63,546 bases of DNA, filler included, from Deltaproteobacteria bacterium (GCA_030698575.1; 7 parts of 7 records of this genome joined end to end with filler, not necessarily neighbours in it), one strand, 5' to 3'. Shown: positions 35,595-45,106, counted from the whole stretch's first letter. A program made the numbers and translations. The notes: a model not told the origin generated them from the letters alone.

Positions 35595-35831
35595 CGTCGT
35601 GCGATTCCTGATTTCACGCGGCCGGCCACCTCGACCCTGAACTTGACGAAGAAACACCCTATCGCGCCACCCGCTGCAGGAAACAATGTACAAGGTCAAC
35701 CGAGACCGTCAAATGGATATCCGTCAATGACCACGACTGCTCCGGGACGCACCGGAAGGTACACGGGAGCATGATTCTTGCACGCTTGAAAAAGCTCCGT
35801 GGATGTGGGCGGGATGGTCTCAACCCCCTGA

Positions 35832-35870
35832 GGGCAACCCCGTGTGGGTTCGACTTCCCCTCCGGCACCA
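35832..35870 (+). repeat. Degenerate duplicate of the tRNA-Leu 3' end (att-like site)
   Basis: 22 nt identical (GGGCAACCCCGTGTGGGTTCGA), then CTTCCC instead of ATCCCAC, then 11 nt identical (CTCCGGCACCA) to 33899-33938. Confidence 0.9.
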
Positions 35871-35936
35871 TGAACTCGAGGGGCGCTGGCCAATCTGCGA
35901 CTGGACGTCTACCCGGAAAGATCGGAGAATGGCGGC

Positions 35937-36224
35937 ATGAGAATTCGGCGAAAGAGCGTCCTACGGTTTATTGGCTTCGGGTTCTGGATCTTATGGGTCC
36001 TCTACCTGGGCGTTTTCGTTAATTATCAGATTCAGCGTTACAACGCTCCGGCCGACGCCCCGCCCCGGGCGCCTTTTGTGCGGAACGGGGCCCGCTACGC
36101 GCCACCGCCGCCATGGTTGTCACTCACGTTGTTCGGCGTTATGGGCTTCGCGCTCCCCGGCGCGCTCTACCTGGCGCCGCGGACTTTCAGGCGGCTGAGA
36201 ACGCCCAAACGTTCGAAGGACTGA
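35937..36224 (+). CDS. Small two-TM hypothetical protein
   Basis: Basic N-terminus, two hydrophobic helices around a Pro-rich loop, GGAG RBS. Confidence 0.5.
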   Translation: MRIRRKSVLRFIGFGFWILWVLYLGVFVNYQIQRYNAPADAPPRAPFVRNGARYAPPPPWLSLTLFGVMGFALPGALYLAPRTFRRLRTPKRSKD

Positions 36225-36270
36225 GTTCGCATCAACGCCACCGACGATTGCCGGAATGGAGGGGTCCAGG

Positions 36271-36639
36271 ATGCTTACGACCGAAAATGTTACGAAGGGG
36301 GGCCTGCGGCTCGCCGCAAGCTTCGGGCTCGGAGCGATCCTGCTCACGGGCTTGCTCACTTCTGCGCTCGTCGACCCTGAGCCTGCCCTGGCCGAGCGCG
36401 TAATAACCTCGCCGCGCGTCCAGACTTACGTCTTTGTGCGCGAAATGCCTGCCTCGGGGAGCCCCATCATCGGCACGCTGCACCCCAACGAAGAAGTCGT
36501 CCTGGTGGAGAGCACGCCGGGCTGGTACCGGGTGAAACTCCTCAATCTGGCCGAGGGCTTCGTCAGCTCGCACTGGACGCGCGTCATCCCCGGCCCCGAC
36601 TTCTGCCACGCGCAGGAAGACGCCGACTGCGTGAAGTAG
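36271..36639 (+). CDS. Secreted bacterial SH3 (SH3b) domain protein
   Basis: Signal peptide ending ALA; VRE.P...SPIIGTL..NEEV......GWYRV....EGFVS. Alternative start at 36256. Confidence 0.75.
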   Translation: MLTTENVTKGGLRLAASFGLGAILLTGLLTSALVDPEPALAERVITSPRVQTYVFVREMPASGSPIIGTLHPNEEVVLVESTPGWYRVKLLNLAEGFVSSHWTRVIPGPDFCHAQEDADCVK

Positions 36640-36702
36640 CGCGCGGCTGCCGGGGGATTGCTTCGCCTTGCCCTCCCTTCCCGCGTCTCCTATGCTCGGC
36701 GC

Positions 36703-38043
36703 ATGAGCACGCTTCCGCCGGGTCCCCGGCTGCCCCGCGTCATTCAGATCTACCGCTGGCTACGCTACCCCGTGGACTTCCTCGAGGGGTGTGCGCGCCG
36801 TTACGGCGACGTCTTCACGCTCCGCTTTCCCAAGACTCCACCCCTCGTGGCCTTCAGTGATCCCGAAGCCGTGAAGGAGATGTTCACGGGCGATCCCGAC
36901 GTCCTGCACGCGGGCGAGGCCAACATCATCCTCGAGCCCCTCATGGGGCAGAATTCGCTGCTGCTCATCGACGGCGAGCGGCACCGCCGCGAGAGGCGGC
37001 TCATGACGCCCCCGTTCCGCGGCGACCGCATGAAGGCCTACGGTGCGACCATGCGGGAGGCCGCGAACCGCAGCATCGATGCCTGGCCCGTGGGCACGCC
37101 CTTCCCCATCCACGAGCAGACGCAGGCGATCACCCTCGACATCATCTTCAAAACAATCTTTGGAATGGAGGAGAGCCCGCGGCTCGCCACCCTGCGCGAC
37201 GGCCTGGTGCATGGCCTCGCGCTCGGCTCCAATCCGATCTACCTGCTGCCGATCTTCCGGAGAAACTTCGGGCCGCTCACGGCCTGGCGCGAGATCGCGC
37301 AGATGATGCGCGATTCCGACGCGATCCTCTTCGAGGAGTTCGCGCGGCGTCGCGCCGAGGGCACGTCGGGCCGCGACGACGTGCTGTCGATGCTTCTCGA
37401 CGCGCGGGATGAGGACGGTCGCGCGATGACCGACCAGGAGCTGCGCGACCAGATGGTGACCCTCATGGTCGCGGGGCACGAAACCACCGCGACGGCGCTG
37501 GCCTGGGCCGTGCACCGCATGCTGGCGCACCCCGAGGCGCACGCCCGGCTGCGCGCTGAGATCCAGGAGGCGGGCGGCGGCGGCCCCGTCGACGCCGAGG
37601 GCGCCGGGCGGCTCGAGTATCTCGACGCTTTCATCAAGGAGACGATGCGCCTGAATCCGATCATCCCCTTCGTCGCCCGCCTGACCAAGCAGCCCGTGAA
37701 GATCGGCGGCCACGAGATTCCCGCCGGCGTCGTCGTCGCCCCCGCCATCTACCTCACCCACCGCCGACCCGACGTCTGGCCCGATCCGCTGCGTTTCGAT
37801 CCGGAGCGATTCATCGGCGCGCGCCCGAACCCCTACGCCTACTTCCCCTTCGGCGGCGGCACCCGGCTGTGCATCGGGGCCGCTTTCGCCACCTATGAGA
37901 TGAAGATCGTCCTGGCTGAAATCATCCGACGGACGTCGCTCCAGCCTGCTCCGGGCCACACGGTCCGGATCGTGCGGCGAAGCATCACCTTCGCCCCCTC
38001 GGGCGGCGTGCCCGTCGTGATGGAGCGGCCTGCCACGTCATAA
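36703..38043 (+). CDS. Cytochrome P450
   Basis: PPGP, AGHETT (I-helix), ETMR (ExxR), PERF, heme motif PFGGGTRLCIG. Confidence 0.96.
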   Translation: MSTLPPGPRLPRVIQIYRWLRYPVDFLEGCARRYGDVFTLRFPKTPPLVAFSDPEAVKEMFTGDPDVLHAGEANIILEPLMGQNSLLLIDGERHRRERRLMTPPFRGDRMKAYGATMREAANRSIDAWPVGTPFPIHEQTQAITLDIIFKTIFGMEESPRLATLRDGLVHGLALGSNPIYLLPIFRRNFGPLTAWREIAQMMRDSDAILFEEFARRRAEGTSGRDDVLSMLLDARDEDGRAMTDQELRDQMVTLMVAGHETTATALAWAVHRMLAHPEAHARLRAEIQEAGGGGPVDAEGAGRLEYLDAFIKETMRLNPIIPFVARLTKQPVKIGGHEIPAGVVVAPAIYLTHRRPDVWPDPLRFDPERFIGARPNPYAYFPFGGGTRLCIGAAFATYEMKIVLAEIIRRTSLQPAPGHTVRIVRRSITFAPSGGVPVVMERPATS

Positions 38044-38097
38044 CGCATGTCAATCCGAGAAGGGCCGCCCGAGGTCCCGCGCAAAGCGCGGGCCGAG
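38044..38097 (+). repeat. REP-like palindromic element, copy 3
   Basis: CGCATGTCA...GCCCGAGGTCCCGCGC-AAA-GCGCGGGCCGAG immediately after the P450 stop. Confidence 0.6.
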
Positions 38098-38111
38098 GAG
38101 ACCTTAAGGCC

Positions 38112-38127
38112 CGGCGCAAGCATTGCA
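38112..38127 (+). promoter_or_regulatory. Candidate sigma54 promoter
   Basis: CGGCGCAAGCATTGCA (GG-N10-GC with TTGCA), about 120 nt before the radical SAM ATG. Confidence 0.35.
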
Positions 38128-38248
38128 AAACTCCCCCCGTTCCGGTTCAATGGCAGGGCCCGACGGGAGGGTCGGGCAGGTCCGGCAAGCCCTTGAGATG
38201 CGCGTTTGAAGGTTGGGTGTATCCCCCCGATCTGCAGAAGGAAATCAG

Positions 38249-39265
38249 ATGGCCAGTGTGCCGCTTCCGGTCCTCGGTTCCACCATCTTCGGCCCGGCCA
38301 CCGAGGCCGAGCCCGTGGCCGGGGGAGAGTTCGGTTTCGTCCGGCCCGAGCACGCCGAGTTCCCTCCGATCCTCATCATCGCGGTGACCAACGTCTGCGA
38401 CATGGCCTGCATTCACTGCGCCCATCCGGTCATCAGCCAGGACCCCGACTACAAGGGAAAGATGATGGACCCGGCGATCCACACCCGGATCGTCGAGGAG
38501 ACAAAGCGATTCAAGGATCAGCTCTGGGTCTTTCGCTACGCGGCCGACGGCGAGTCGCTCCTGCACCCCAGGTTTCTCGACTTCGTTGATGAGACCAAGC
38601 GCGCGGGCATCGGCCCGGTCGATCTGACCACGAACGCCATGACGCTCACCGAGAAACGAATGCGTCGCCTTCTCGAGGCGCCGATCGACGTGATCGACGT
38701 GAGCCTCGACGCCTTCAAGAAGGAGAGCTACGAGAAGATCCGCATCAAGGGGAAGTTTGACGTCGTCGTGGCCAACACGCAAAAGCTCATCGATATGCGG
38801 AACGCGATCGGATCGCCCACCAAGATCATGGTCAGCATCATCCAGCAGAAGGAAGCACTCGACGAGGTCGAGGCCTTCAAGGCGTTCTGGGGGCCCAGGG
38901 TCGACGAGGTGCTGGTCCGCGGGCTCAACACGGATCTCGACATCGTCAACGTGAGCGAGGTGTACTTCAAGAAGGGCCTCACCCGCTGGCCCTGCCCGCA
39001 GTTCTGGAAGCGGGTCACCATCAACTACAACGGCGACGTGCGTTTCTGCGTGGAGGATTGGCGGAACAACGGCGTCGTGGGGAACGTGTGCGATCAGGGC
39101 ATCCAGGAGATCTGGAAAAGTGAGGCCTACGAGAAGTTTCGGAAGCTGCACAGTACCGGCCGCTGGGGCGACATCAAAATGTGCCAGCCCTGCCGTGACT
39201 GGCAGCACATGGAATGGGACCACGGTTTCGAGAAGGCCATCAACAAGGTCATGAACCGCGAGTAA
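38249..39265 (+). CDS. Radical SAM protein with SPASM/Twitch domain
   Basis: CDMACIHC (CxxxCxxC), GESLLHP, TTNA, VSLDA; C-terminal CPQFW..NGDVRFC..GNV..IQEIW..CQPC. Confidence 0.9.
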   Translation: MASVPLPVLGSTIFGPATEAEPVAGGEFGFVRPEHAEFPPILIIAVTNVCDMACIHCAHPVISQDPDYKGKMMDPAIHTRIVEETKRFKDQLWVFRYAADGESLLHPRFLDFVDETKRAGIGPVDLTTNAMTLTEKRMRRLLEAPIDVIDVSLDAFKKESYEKIRIKGKFDVVVANTQKLIDMRNAIGSPTKIMVSIIQQKEALDEVEAFKAFWGPRVDEVLVRGLNTDLDIVNVSEVYFKKGLTRWPCPQFWKRVTINYNGDVRFCVEDWRNNGVVGNVCDQGIQEIWKSEAYEKFRKLHSTGRWGDIKMCQPCRDWQHMEWDHGFEKAINKVMNRE

Positions 39266-39329
39266 CCCGCCGGCCCGCGCCCTCGCGGGCGGCTGTCCGG
39301 ACGTTCGAATCGACGGAGGTCAGGCGAAC

Positions 39330-39689
39330 TTGGCAGCAAATCCCCCCGAGCAAGGCGCCGTCTGCGTGGCCGTCATCGGGTGCGGCTACTGGGGCCCGAA
39401 CCTCATCCGGAACTTCAGCGCGCTCGGCCGGACGGACCTGAAGGCCGTCTGCGACCTCGACCCGGAAAAGCTCGCCCGCGTGAAGGGCCGCTACCCCGCG
39501 GTCGACCTCCACCAGGACCTCGGGCGCCTTCTCGACGACCCCTCCATCGACGCCGTCGCCATCTGCACCCCGGTTCATACCCACTTCCCGATTGCCTCCG
39601 CCGCCCTGAAGGCCGGCAAGCACGTGCTGCTCGAGAAGCCGCTCACCCACAGCACCGAGACCGCCCAGGCGCTCGTCGATCTGGCGGCG
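39330..39689 (+). CDS. Gfo/Idh/MocA family oxidoreductase, 3' truncated
   Basis: VIGCGYWGPNLIRNF, DAVAICTPVHTH, GKHVLLEKP. Confidence 0.88.
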
Positions 39690-39789
39690 NNNNNNNNNNN
39701 NNNNNNNNNNNNNNNNNNNNNNNNNNNNNNNNNTTAATTAATTAANNNNNNNNNNNNNNNNNNNNNNNNNNNNNNNNNNNNNNNNNNNN
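39690..39789. other. Artificial contig spacer
   Basis: N44-TTAATTAATTAA-N44. Confidence 0.99.
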
Positions 39790-39904
39790 TTTCATCCAGG
39801 CCGTGATGGACCTGGTTACCTACGACACGACCTCCGGCCCCGGCACGCGCCTCACGATGATCAAGCGCCGGAAGGCTGGCAGTGAGGAAGGGGATCCCGC
39901 GTGA
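39790..39904 (+). CDS. C-terminal fragment of an RsbW/SpoIIAB-like anti-sigma serine kinase
   Basis: Manual translation FIQAVMDLVTYDTTSGPGTRLTMIKR..*; stop overlaps the STAS start (GTGA). Confidence 0.7.
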
Positions 39905-40245
39905 GCGCACAGTTCGAGGTCCTGCTCGAGATCAGCGACGGGCTGGCGGTGCTCGCCGTGCATGGCGAGGTCGACATGCACAGCTCTCCCAAGGTTCGTG
40001 AGGCGCAGGGCAAGGCGCTGCAGGGCGGCACGCGGGGCGTCGTGGTCGATCTTTCCGGCGTCGGCTACATGGACAGCTCGGGAATCGCGACGCTCATCGA
40101 GGGGCTGCAGCGCGCGAAACGCGAGGGGCGCAATTTCCGCCTCGTCGGGTTGACCCCCTCCGTGCGAGACGTGTTCGATCTCGCCCGCCTGGCCGACGTG
40201 TTCGAGATCTTTACAACGCGCGACGAGGCCCTGAAAGCCACCTGA
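39901..40245 (+). CDS. STAS-domain anti-sigma antagonist (RsbV/SpoIIAA-like; possible MlaB role)
   Basis: GEVDMHSSP, VVDLSGVGYMDSSGIATL, VFDLARL. Confidence 0.88.
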   Translation: MSAQFEVLLEISDGLAVLAVHGEVDMHSSPKVREAQGKALQGGTRGVVVDLSGVGYMDSSGIATLIEGLQRAKREGRNFRLVGLTPSVRDVFDLARLADVFEIFTTRDEALKAT

Positions 40246-40275
40246 CCGCGCCCCCCGCCGGAGTCGCACGCTCCC

Positions 40276-41112
40276 ATGCCCGATTCCCGCATCCTGACCC
40301 GGTCGCTCGGCCTGATTGGCCGGAACGGCATTGCGCTCCTCCGGCACACCTCGAGCGTCTGGTGGCTCCTCATGGAGACGCTCCGCTGGGTCCTCCACCG
40401 GGCGCGCCGCCGCCGGCTGCTCGGTGACGGCGCCATCCTCCGGCAGATGGAGGAAATCGGCCTCCGCTCGCTTCCCATCATCGCACTCATCGCCCTTCTC
40501 ATTGGTGTGATTCTTGCGATGCAGACCTTCTTCCAGATGAAGCGCCTGGGCGCAGAGAGCCTCATCGGCGGCATGGTGGCGGTGGCGCTCACGCGTGAGC
40601 TGGCGCCGCTCCTCACGGCGCTCGTGGTCGCGGGGCGCGTGGGCGCGGCCTTCACGGCCGAGATCGGCAGCATGAAGGTGACCGAAGAAGTGCTCGCGCT
40701 CGAAACCATCGGCATCAATCCGGTGGGGTTTCTCGTCGCACCGCGCTTTCTTGCCATGACGATCATGCTGCCGGCCCTCACGGTTTTCGCCGTCGTTCTC
40801 GGAATCATGGGGGGCTGGGCTCTGGGCGCGGGAAACTTCGGCATGTCGACGGGAGGTTACTTCGACAGCGCGCGGGATTCGCTCGTCCTGAAGGACTTCG
40901 TCTCCGCCGGTGTCAAGTCGGTCGTGTTCGGCTGGATCATCGCCCTCATGGCCTGCTACCGGGGCCTCATTGTGGAAGGGGGGCCGGAGGAGGTGGGGCG
41001 CGGGACGATGGAGGCGGTCGTGTCGTCGATGGTCCTGATCGTCGTGGCGGATTTCTTCATCACGGGGCTTTTCTATTACTCCTTCTACCTGTTCAAGGTG
41101 CCCATTCTGTAG
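40276..41112 (+). CDS. mlaE: MlaE-family ABC permease
   Basis: RELAPLLTALVVAGRVGAAFTAEIGSMKVTEE, LVAPR, GPEEVG. Confidence 0.93.
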   Translation: MPDSRILTRSLGLIGRNGIALLRHTSSVWWLLMETLRWVLHRARRRRLLGDGAILRQMEEIGLRSLPIIALIALLIGVILAMQTFFQMKRLGAESLIGGMVAVALTRELAPLLTALVVAGRVGAAFTAEIGSMKVTEEVLALETIGINPVGFLVAPRFLAMTIMLPALTVFAVVLGIMGGWALGAGNFGMSTGGYFDSARDSLVLKDFVSAGVKSVVFGWIIALMACYRGLIVEGGPEEVGRGTMEAVVSSMVLIVVADFFITGLFYYSFYLFKVPIL

Positions 41113-41151
41113 CGCGGGCGCGGGGACAGCGTCAGCGCGGCGGAGAGCTGG

Positions 41152-41976
41152 ATGAGCAACGCGACGGCTGAGAGCGCGGGGAGAGAGCCCGTGATCCGGA
41201 TCGAGAATCTCGAGAAGCGATTCGGCGATCGGCCGGTCTACGACGCCGTCTCCTTCGACGTGATGGAGCGCGAGATCACGGCGGTGATCGGCCTCTCGGG
41301 CGAGGGGAAGAGCACGCTGCTCAGGATTCTATCGGGGACAATGAAGCCCGATGCAGGGCGGGTGCTGGTGAGAGGCAAGGACATCACCGGCCTGTCGCCC
41401 GACGGGCTGCGGGACTGGCAGAAGCGCTTCGGGATGCTGTTTCAGGGGTCGGCGCTCTTCCATTCCATGACGGTCGGCGAGAACGTGGCGCTTCCCATCC
41501 TCGAGCACACCGAGCTCGACCGGAACGTCGTGGACCTCATGGTGAAGCTCAAGCTCGAGATGGTCGGCCTTTGGGGCTTCGAGAACTTCCGGCCCTCCCA
41601 GCTCTCCGGCGGAATGCAGAAGCGCGTTGCGCTCGCGCGCGCGATTGCCCTCGATCCCGAGCTAATCTTCTGCGACGAGCCGACAGCCGGGCTCGACCCC
41701 ATCGTCGCTAGTGTCATCGTGAAGCTCATCATGGATCTTCGCGAGAAGCTCCGCATCACCGCGGTTGTGGTAACTCATGACGTCGAGTACGCCTTCCGCA
41801 TGGCCGACCGGGTGATCATGCTCTACCGGGGCCGCGTGGTGGTCAGTGGTTCACCGGAGGAGCTGAGGAATCACCCCGATCCGGTGCTCCAGCAATTTCT
41901 GAGTGGGAGCCCCGAGGGGCCCATTCCCATGCGGCGGTCCGGCGAAGAGTTCCTGGCCGATCTATTGAAGCAGTAA
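41152..41976 (+). CDS. mlaF: MlaF-family ABC ATPase
   Basis: GLSGEGKST, GMLFQGSALF, PSQLSGGMQKRVALARA, DEPTAGLDP, VTHD. Confidence 0.93.
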   Translation: MSNATAESAGREPVIRIENLEKRFGDRPVYDAVSFDVMEREITAVIGLSGEGKSTLLRILSGTMKPDAGRVLVRGKDITGLSPDGLRDWQKRFGMLFQGSALFHSMTVGENVALPILEHTELDRNVVDLMVKLKLEMVGLWGFENFRPSQLSGGMQKRVALARAIALDPELIFCDEPTAGLDPIVASVIVKLIMDLREKLRITAVVVTHDVEYAFRMADRVIMLYRGRVVVSGSPEELRNHPDPVLQQFLSGSPEGPIPMRRSGEEFLADLLKQ

Positions 41977-41995
41977 CGGAGGGCGGGCGGAAAGC

Positions 41996-42955
41996 ATGGA
42001 ATACTCACGAACCGAGATCGGAACGGGCCTCATGATCGTGGCCGCCGGGCTGCTGGCGGCGGTGGTCATATTCGTGGTCGGCGATTTCAGGAATCTTTTC
42101 ACCCCGCGCATCAGGCTGGAGATCGTCTTCGACGAATCGCACGGCATCAAGCGCTACGCCGAGGTGCGCTACGCCGGTGTGAAGATCGGGCAGGTTGATG
42201 CCATCGATCTCGATCAGGAACACGGGCAGCGCGTGGTGCTCGGCGTGATGGTTCAGCGCGACGCCGAAGTACAGGAAGGCGCGGTGCCGCGGATCAAGAC
42301 GCTCGGCTTCCTCGGCGAACGCTACGTGGCGATCGAGCCGCCCGAGAAGCAAGGCCGCACGCTGAGCGACGGGGAGCGGCTGGAGGGGCGCACCACCGTG
42401 CCGCTGGAGGACATCGGCGCCGTGCTGGGCGATCTCACCGACCAGATCGGGGAGACTCGCAATCAGCTCGATTCACTCCTGAACGACAAGGAATTCCAGG
42501 AGAACCTGAAAGCCACGGTCAAGAACGCGCGGGAGATGACTGCCGAACTCCAGGGCCTTCTATCGGAGAACCGCGCCGCCATCGGCGAAACACTGGCCAG
42601 CACGCGCTCCGCCACGAGCGAGCTCGACGAGCTTCTCACGAAGCACAAGGACGATCTGTCCACGACGCTCGGGAATCTCGCCAGCCTCTCCGAAAAGCTC
42701 GACGCCATGGCCAACGATCTGGAGGTGCTGGCCGAAAAGAGCCGCGGCCTCATGGACCGGAACGATCAGGAGATCGACGGAACCATCGCGGATCTCCGGG
42801 CCACGGCCCGGAACGCGCGCGAGCTTTCGTCCGATCTCAAGCGACACCCGAATCGGCTCATCAAGATCTTCCCTGATCTGTTCCCCTGGGGCGGCGACGA
42901 TGGTGACGACAAGGAAGATGAGGACGCGGCGGCCGGCGCGGCGGCTACGCCCTGA
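41996..42955 (+). CDS. mlaD: MlaD/MCE family protein with long helical domain
   Basis: N-terminal TM, VRYAGVKIGQV, GFLGERYVAI, coiled-coil C-terminal half, P.RLI. Confidence 0.88.
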   Translation: MEYSRTEIGTGLMIVAAGLLAAVVIFVVGDFRNLFTPRIRLEIVFDESHGIKRYAEVRYAGVKIGQVDAIDLDQEHGQRVVLGVMVQRDAEVQEGAVPRIKTLGFLGERYVAIEPPEKQGRTLSDGERLEGRTTVPLEDIGAVLGDLTDQIGETRNQLDSLLNDKEFQENLKATVKNAREMTAELQGLLSENRAAIGETLASTRSATSELDELLTKHKDDLSTTLGNLASLSEKLDAMANDLEVLAEKSRGLMDRNDQEIDGTIADLRATARNARELSSDLKRHPNRLIKIFPDLFPWGGDDGDDKEDEDAAAGAAATP

Positions 42956-43048
42956 CCACGCCCCGGCAGAATCCCTTCCCCTGCGTTCCGCTTGCCGCGC
43001 GAGGGCGTGTTGCGGGAGACGCGCGGCTGTGAGAGGCTGGGCCGGCAG

Positions 43049-43915
43049 ATGAAACCCGGACGACCCAGCTTCACGGCCGAAGGTGCCGCCGCCATCAGGG
43101 CGCTCGAGACCCTTCGGCCCCTGCGCCTTCGCATCTTCGAAGATCCCTACGCGAGCGCGTTCCTGAGCCGCCGCACACGCTGGCGCACCTGGGTGGGCTT
43201 GCGCCTTCTGATCGAACGCCTGATGGAACGCGCGCTTCCCGGCGTGATCCCCTTTACGGTCGCGCGGGCGCGCTGGATGGACGATCTTCTCGTCGAGCTT
43301 GCCCCCCGCGCCGAGCAGATCGTCATTCTCGGCGCCGGTTACGACACCACCTTCGCCCGGCACCCCGAACTCCCCCGCCGACTCGCCTATTTCGAGGTCG
43401 ATCATCCCGACACGGGCCAGGCCAAGCGTGCGCGCATCGCGGCGCGGCCGGAACTTTTCGGCGACTCCTACGACAAGGTGCGGTCGGTTGCTGTCAATTT
43501 CGAGCGCGAGAACCTGATCGAGCGCCTCGGGGAGAACGGTTTTGATCTCGGCAAGCAAACGGTTTACGTCTGGTCGGGCGTCATTCCCTACCTCGAGCGC
43601 TCCGCGGTGGAATCGACCCTCAGGCAACTCGCGCGCTCGGCATCCGGCAGCCACATCATGGCGGATCTCGTGGCCGCGCGAGGGCTGAAACACAAGCACG
43701 CTTCCCGGACGCTCCGCTACTTCAAGAAACTCGGTGAATCGATCCGGTTCATGATGGATCCGGAGGACCTCAAGACGATCATCGCGCCCGTCGGGCTGCA
43801 CGTCGAGTCGGTGGTGATGGGAGAATCGCTGCGCGAGATGTACTTCAAGCCCGAGGATCCCCGGCGTGTTTCGAAGTTCGCCTACCTCGTCCATCTGCGG
43901 ACAGGATCGGGTTGA
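43049..43915 (+). CDS. SAM-dependent methyltransferase, leucine carboxyl methyltransferase-like family
   Basis: TA...AAIRA, FEDPYA, QIVILGAGYDT, FEVDHP, GVIPYL. Confidence 0.85.
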   Translation: MKPGRPSFTAEGAAAIRALETLRPLRLRIFEDPYASAFLSRRTRWRTWVGLRLLIERLMERALPGVIPFTVARARWMDDLLVELAPRAEQIVILGAGYDTTFARHPELPRRLAYFEVDHPDTGQAKRARIAARPELFGDSYDKVRSVAVNFERENLIERLGENGFDLGKQTVYVWSGVIPYLERSAVESTLRQLARSASGSHIMADLVAARGLKHKHASRTLRYFKKLGESIRFMMDPEDLKTIIAPVGLHVESVVMGESLREMYFKPEDPRRVSKFAYLVHLRTGSG

Positions 43916-44024
43916 TGCAGTGGCGCGACCCCTTGGGCCCCCCGGGACGGATGAGCTATATTCCCCGCCCTGATCGCCTGATGCCGCCCCGCCCGGAAGG
44001 GGAGCCTTTCTCGGAGCCTGACCC

Positions 44025-45006
44025 ATGCCCATCGAACTGACGCCTGTCCAGTACCAGCGCTACAGCCGGCATCTCATCCTCCCCGAGGTCGGGCTCGATG
44101 GACAGAAACGGCTGCTCGAGTCCAGCGTGCTCATCGTCGGCGCCGGAGGCCTGGGCTGTCCACTCTCGATCTACCTGGCCGCCGCGGGCGTGGGGACCAT
44201 CGGCCTGGTGGACTTCGATCTCATCGATCTCACGAATCTTCAGCGTCAGATCCTTTACACGGTGGACGACGTCGGCAAGCCCAAGGCCGATGTGGCCGCG
44301 CGGAGAATCCAGGCCCTGAACCCGGACGTGGATGTGAAGATCTACAAGGAAAGACTCACGAGTGAAAACGCCATGGGCATCATGGCGGACTACGACATCA
44401 TCATCGACGGCACGGATAACTTCCCGACGCGCTATCTGACGAACGACGCTTCGGTTCTTCTCGGCAAGCCGAACGTGTACGGCAGCATCTTCCGCTTCGA
44501 GGGGCAGGCCAGCGTGTTCGACGCGCGGCGGGGCCCCTGCTACCGCTGCCTCTTCCCCGAGCCGCCGCCGCCGGGCATGGTCCCGAGCTGCGCCGAGGGG
44601 GGCGTTCTAGGCATCCTTCCCGGCACCATCGCCATGATCCAGGCCACCGAGACGATCAAGCTCATCACGGGGAAGGGTACACCGCTCATCGGGCGGCTCC
44701 TCCAGTACGACGCGCTCGCCATGAAGTACCGGGAGTTCAAGCTGCGGAAGGATCCGAAGTGCCCCGTCTGCGGCGAGAACCCAACCGTGAAGGAGCTGAT
44801 CGACTACGAGGGGTTCTGCGGCATCGGCCAAGCGCAGGATGAGGTGCCCGTCGATGAGATCAACCCGGTGGAGCTGAAGGTGAAGCTCGACGGCAAGGAC
44901 GACTTCCTGCTCCTCGACGTGCGCGAGCCCGGTGAGGTCGAGATCGCCAGGATTGCCGACACGCCTGTCATTCCGGTGAACGAGCTGGCCGACCGGCTTT
45001 CAGAGC
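44025..45006 (+). CDS. moeB: MoeB/MoeZ adenylyltransferase with C-terminal rhodanese domain, 3' truncated
   Basis: RYSRHLILPEVG, GAGGLG, NLQRQI, CYRC, PSCAEGGVLG, CPVC, LLDVREP. Confidence 0.93.
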
Positions 45007-45106
45007 NNNNNNNNNNNNNNNNNNNNNNNNNNNNNNNNNNNNNNNNNNNNTTAATTAATTAANNNNNNNNNNNNNNNNNNNNNNNNNNNNNNNNNNNNNN
45101 NNNNNN
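45007..45106. other. Artificial contig spacer
   Basis: N44-TTAATTAATTAA-N44. Confidence 0.99.

Larger units (their letters stand above)
33939..35870. mobile_element. Integrase-less genomic islet inserted at the tRNA-Leu 3' end
   Basis: Bounded by the tRNA and a degenerate copy of its last 40 nt; two minus-strand cargo genes; visibly more A/T-rich than the flanks. Confidence 0.7.

Noticed and set aside
35790..35870. Possible second tRNA gene
   Set aside because: Only the 3' part is present; no 5' acceptor strand, D-arm or anticodon arm, and the T-stem is damaged. Treated as an att-like repeat.
36703..39689. P450 + radical SAM + oxidoreductase as a natural-product or RiPP cluster
   Set aside because: No precursor peptide, scaffold enzyme or transporter is visible, and a repeat element plus a separate candidate promoter lie between the P450 and the radical SAM gene.
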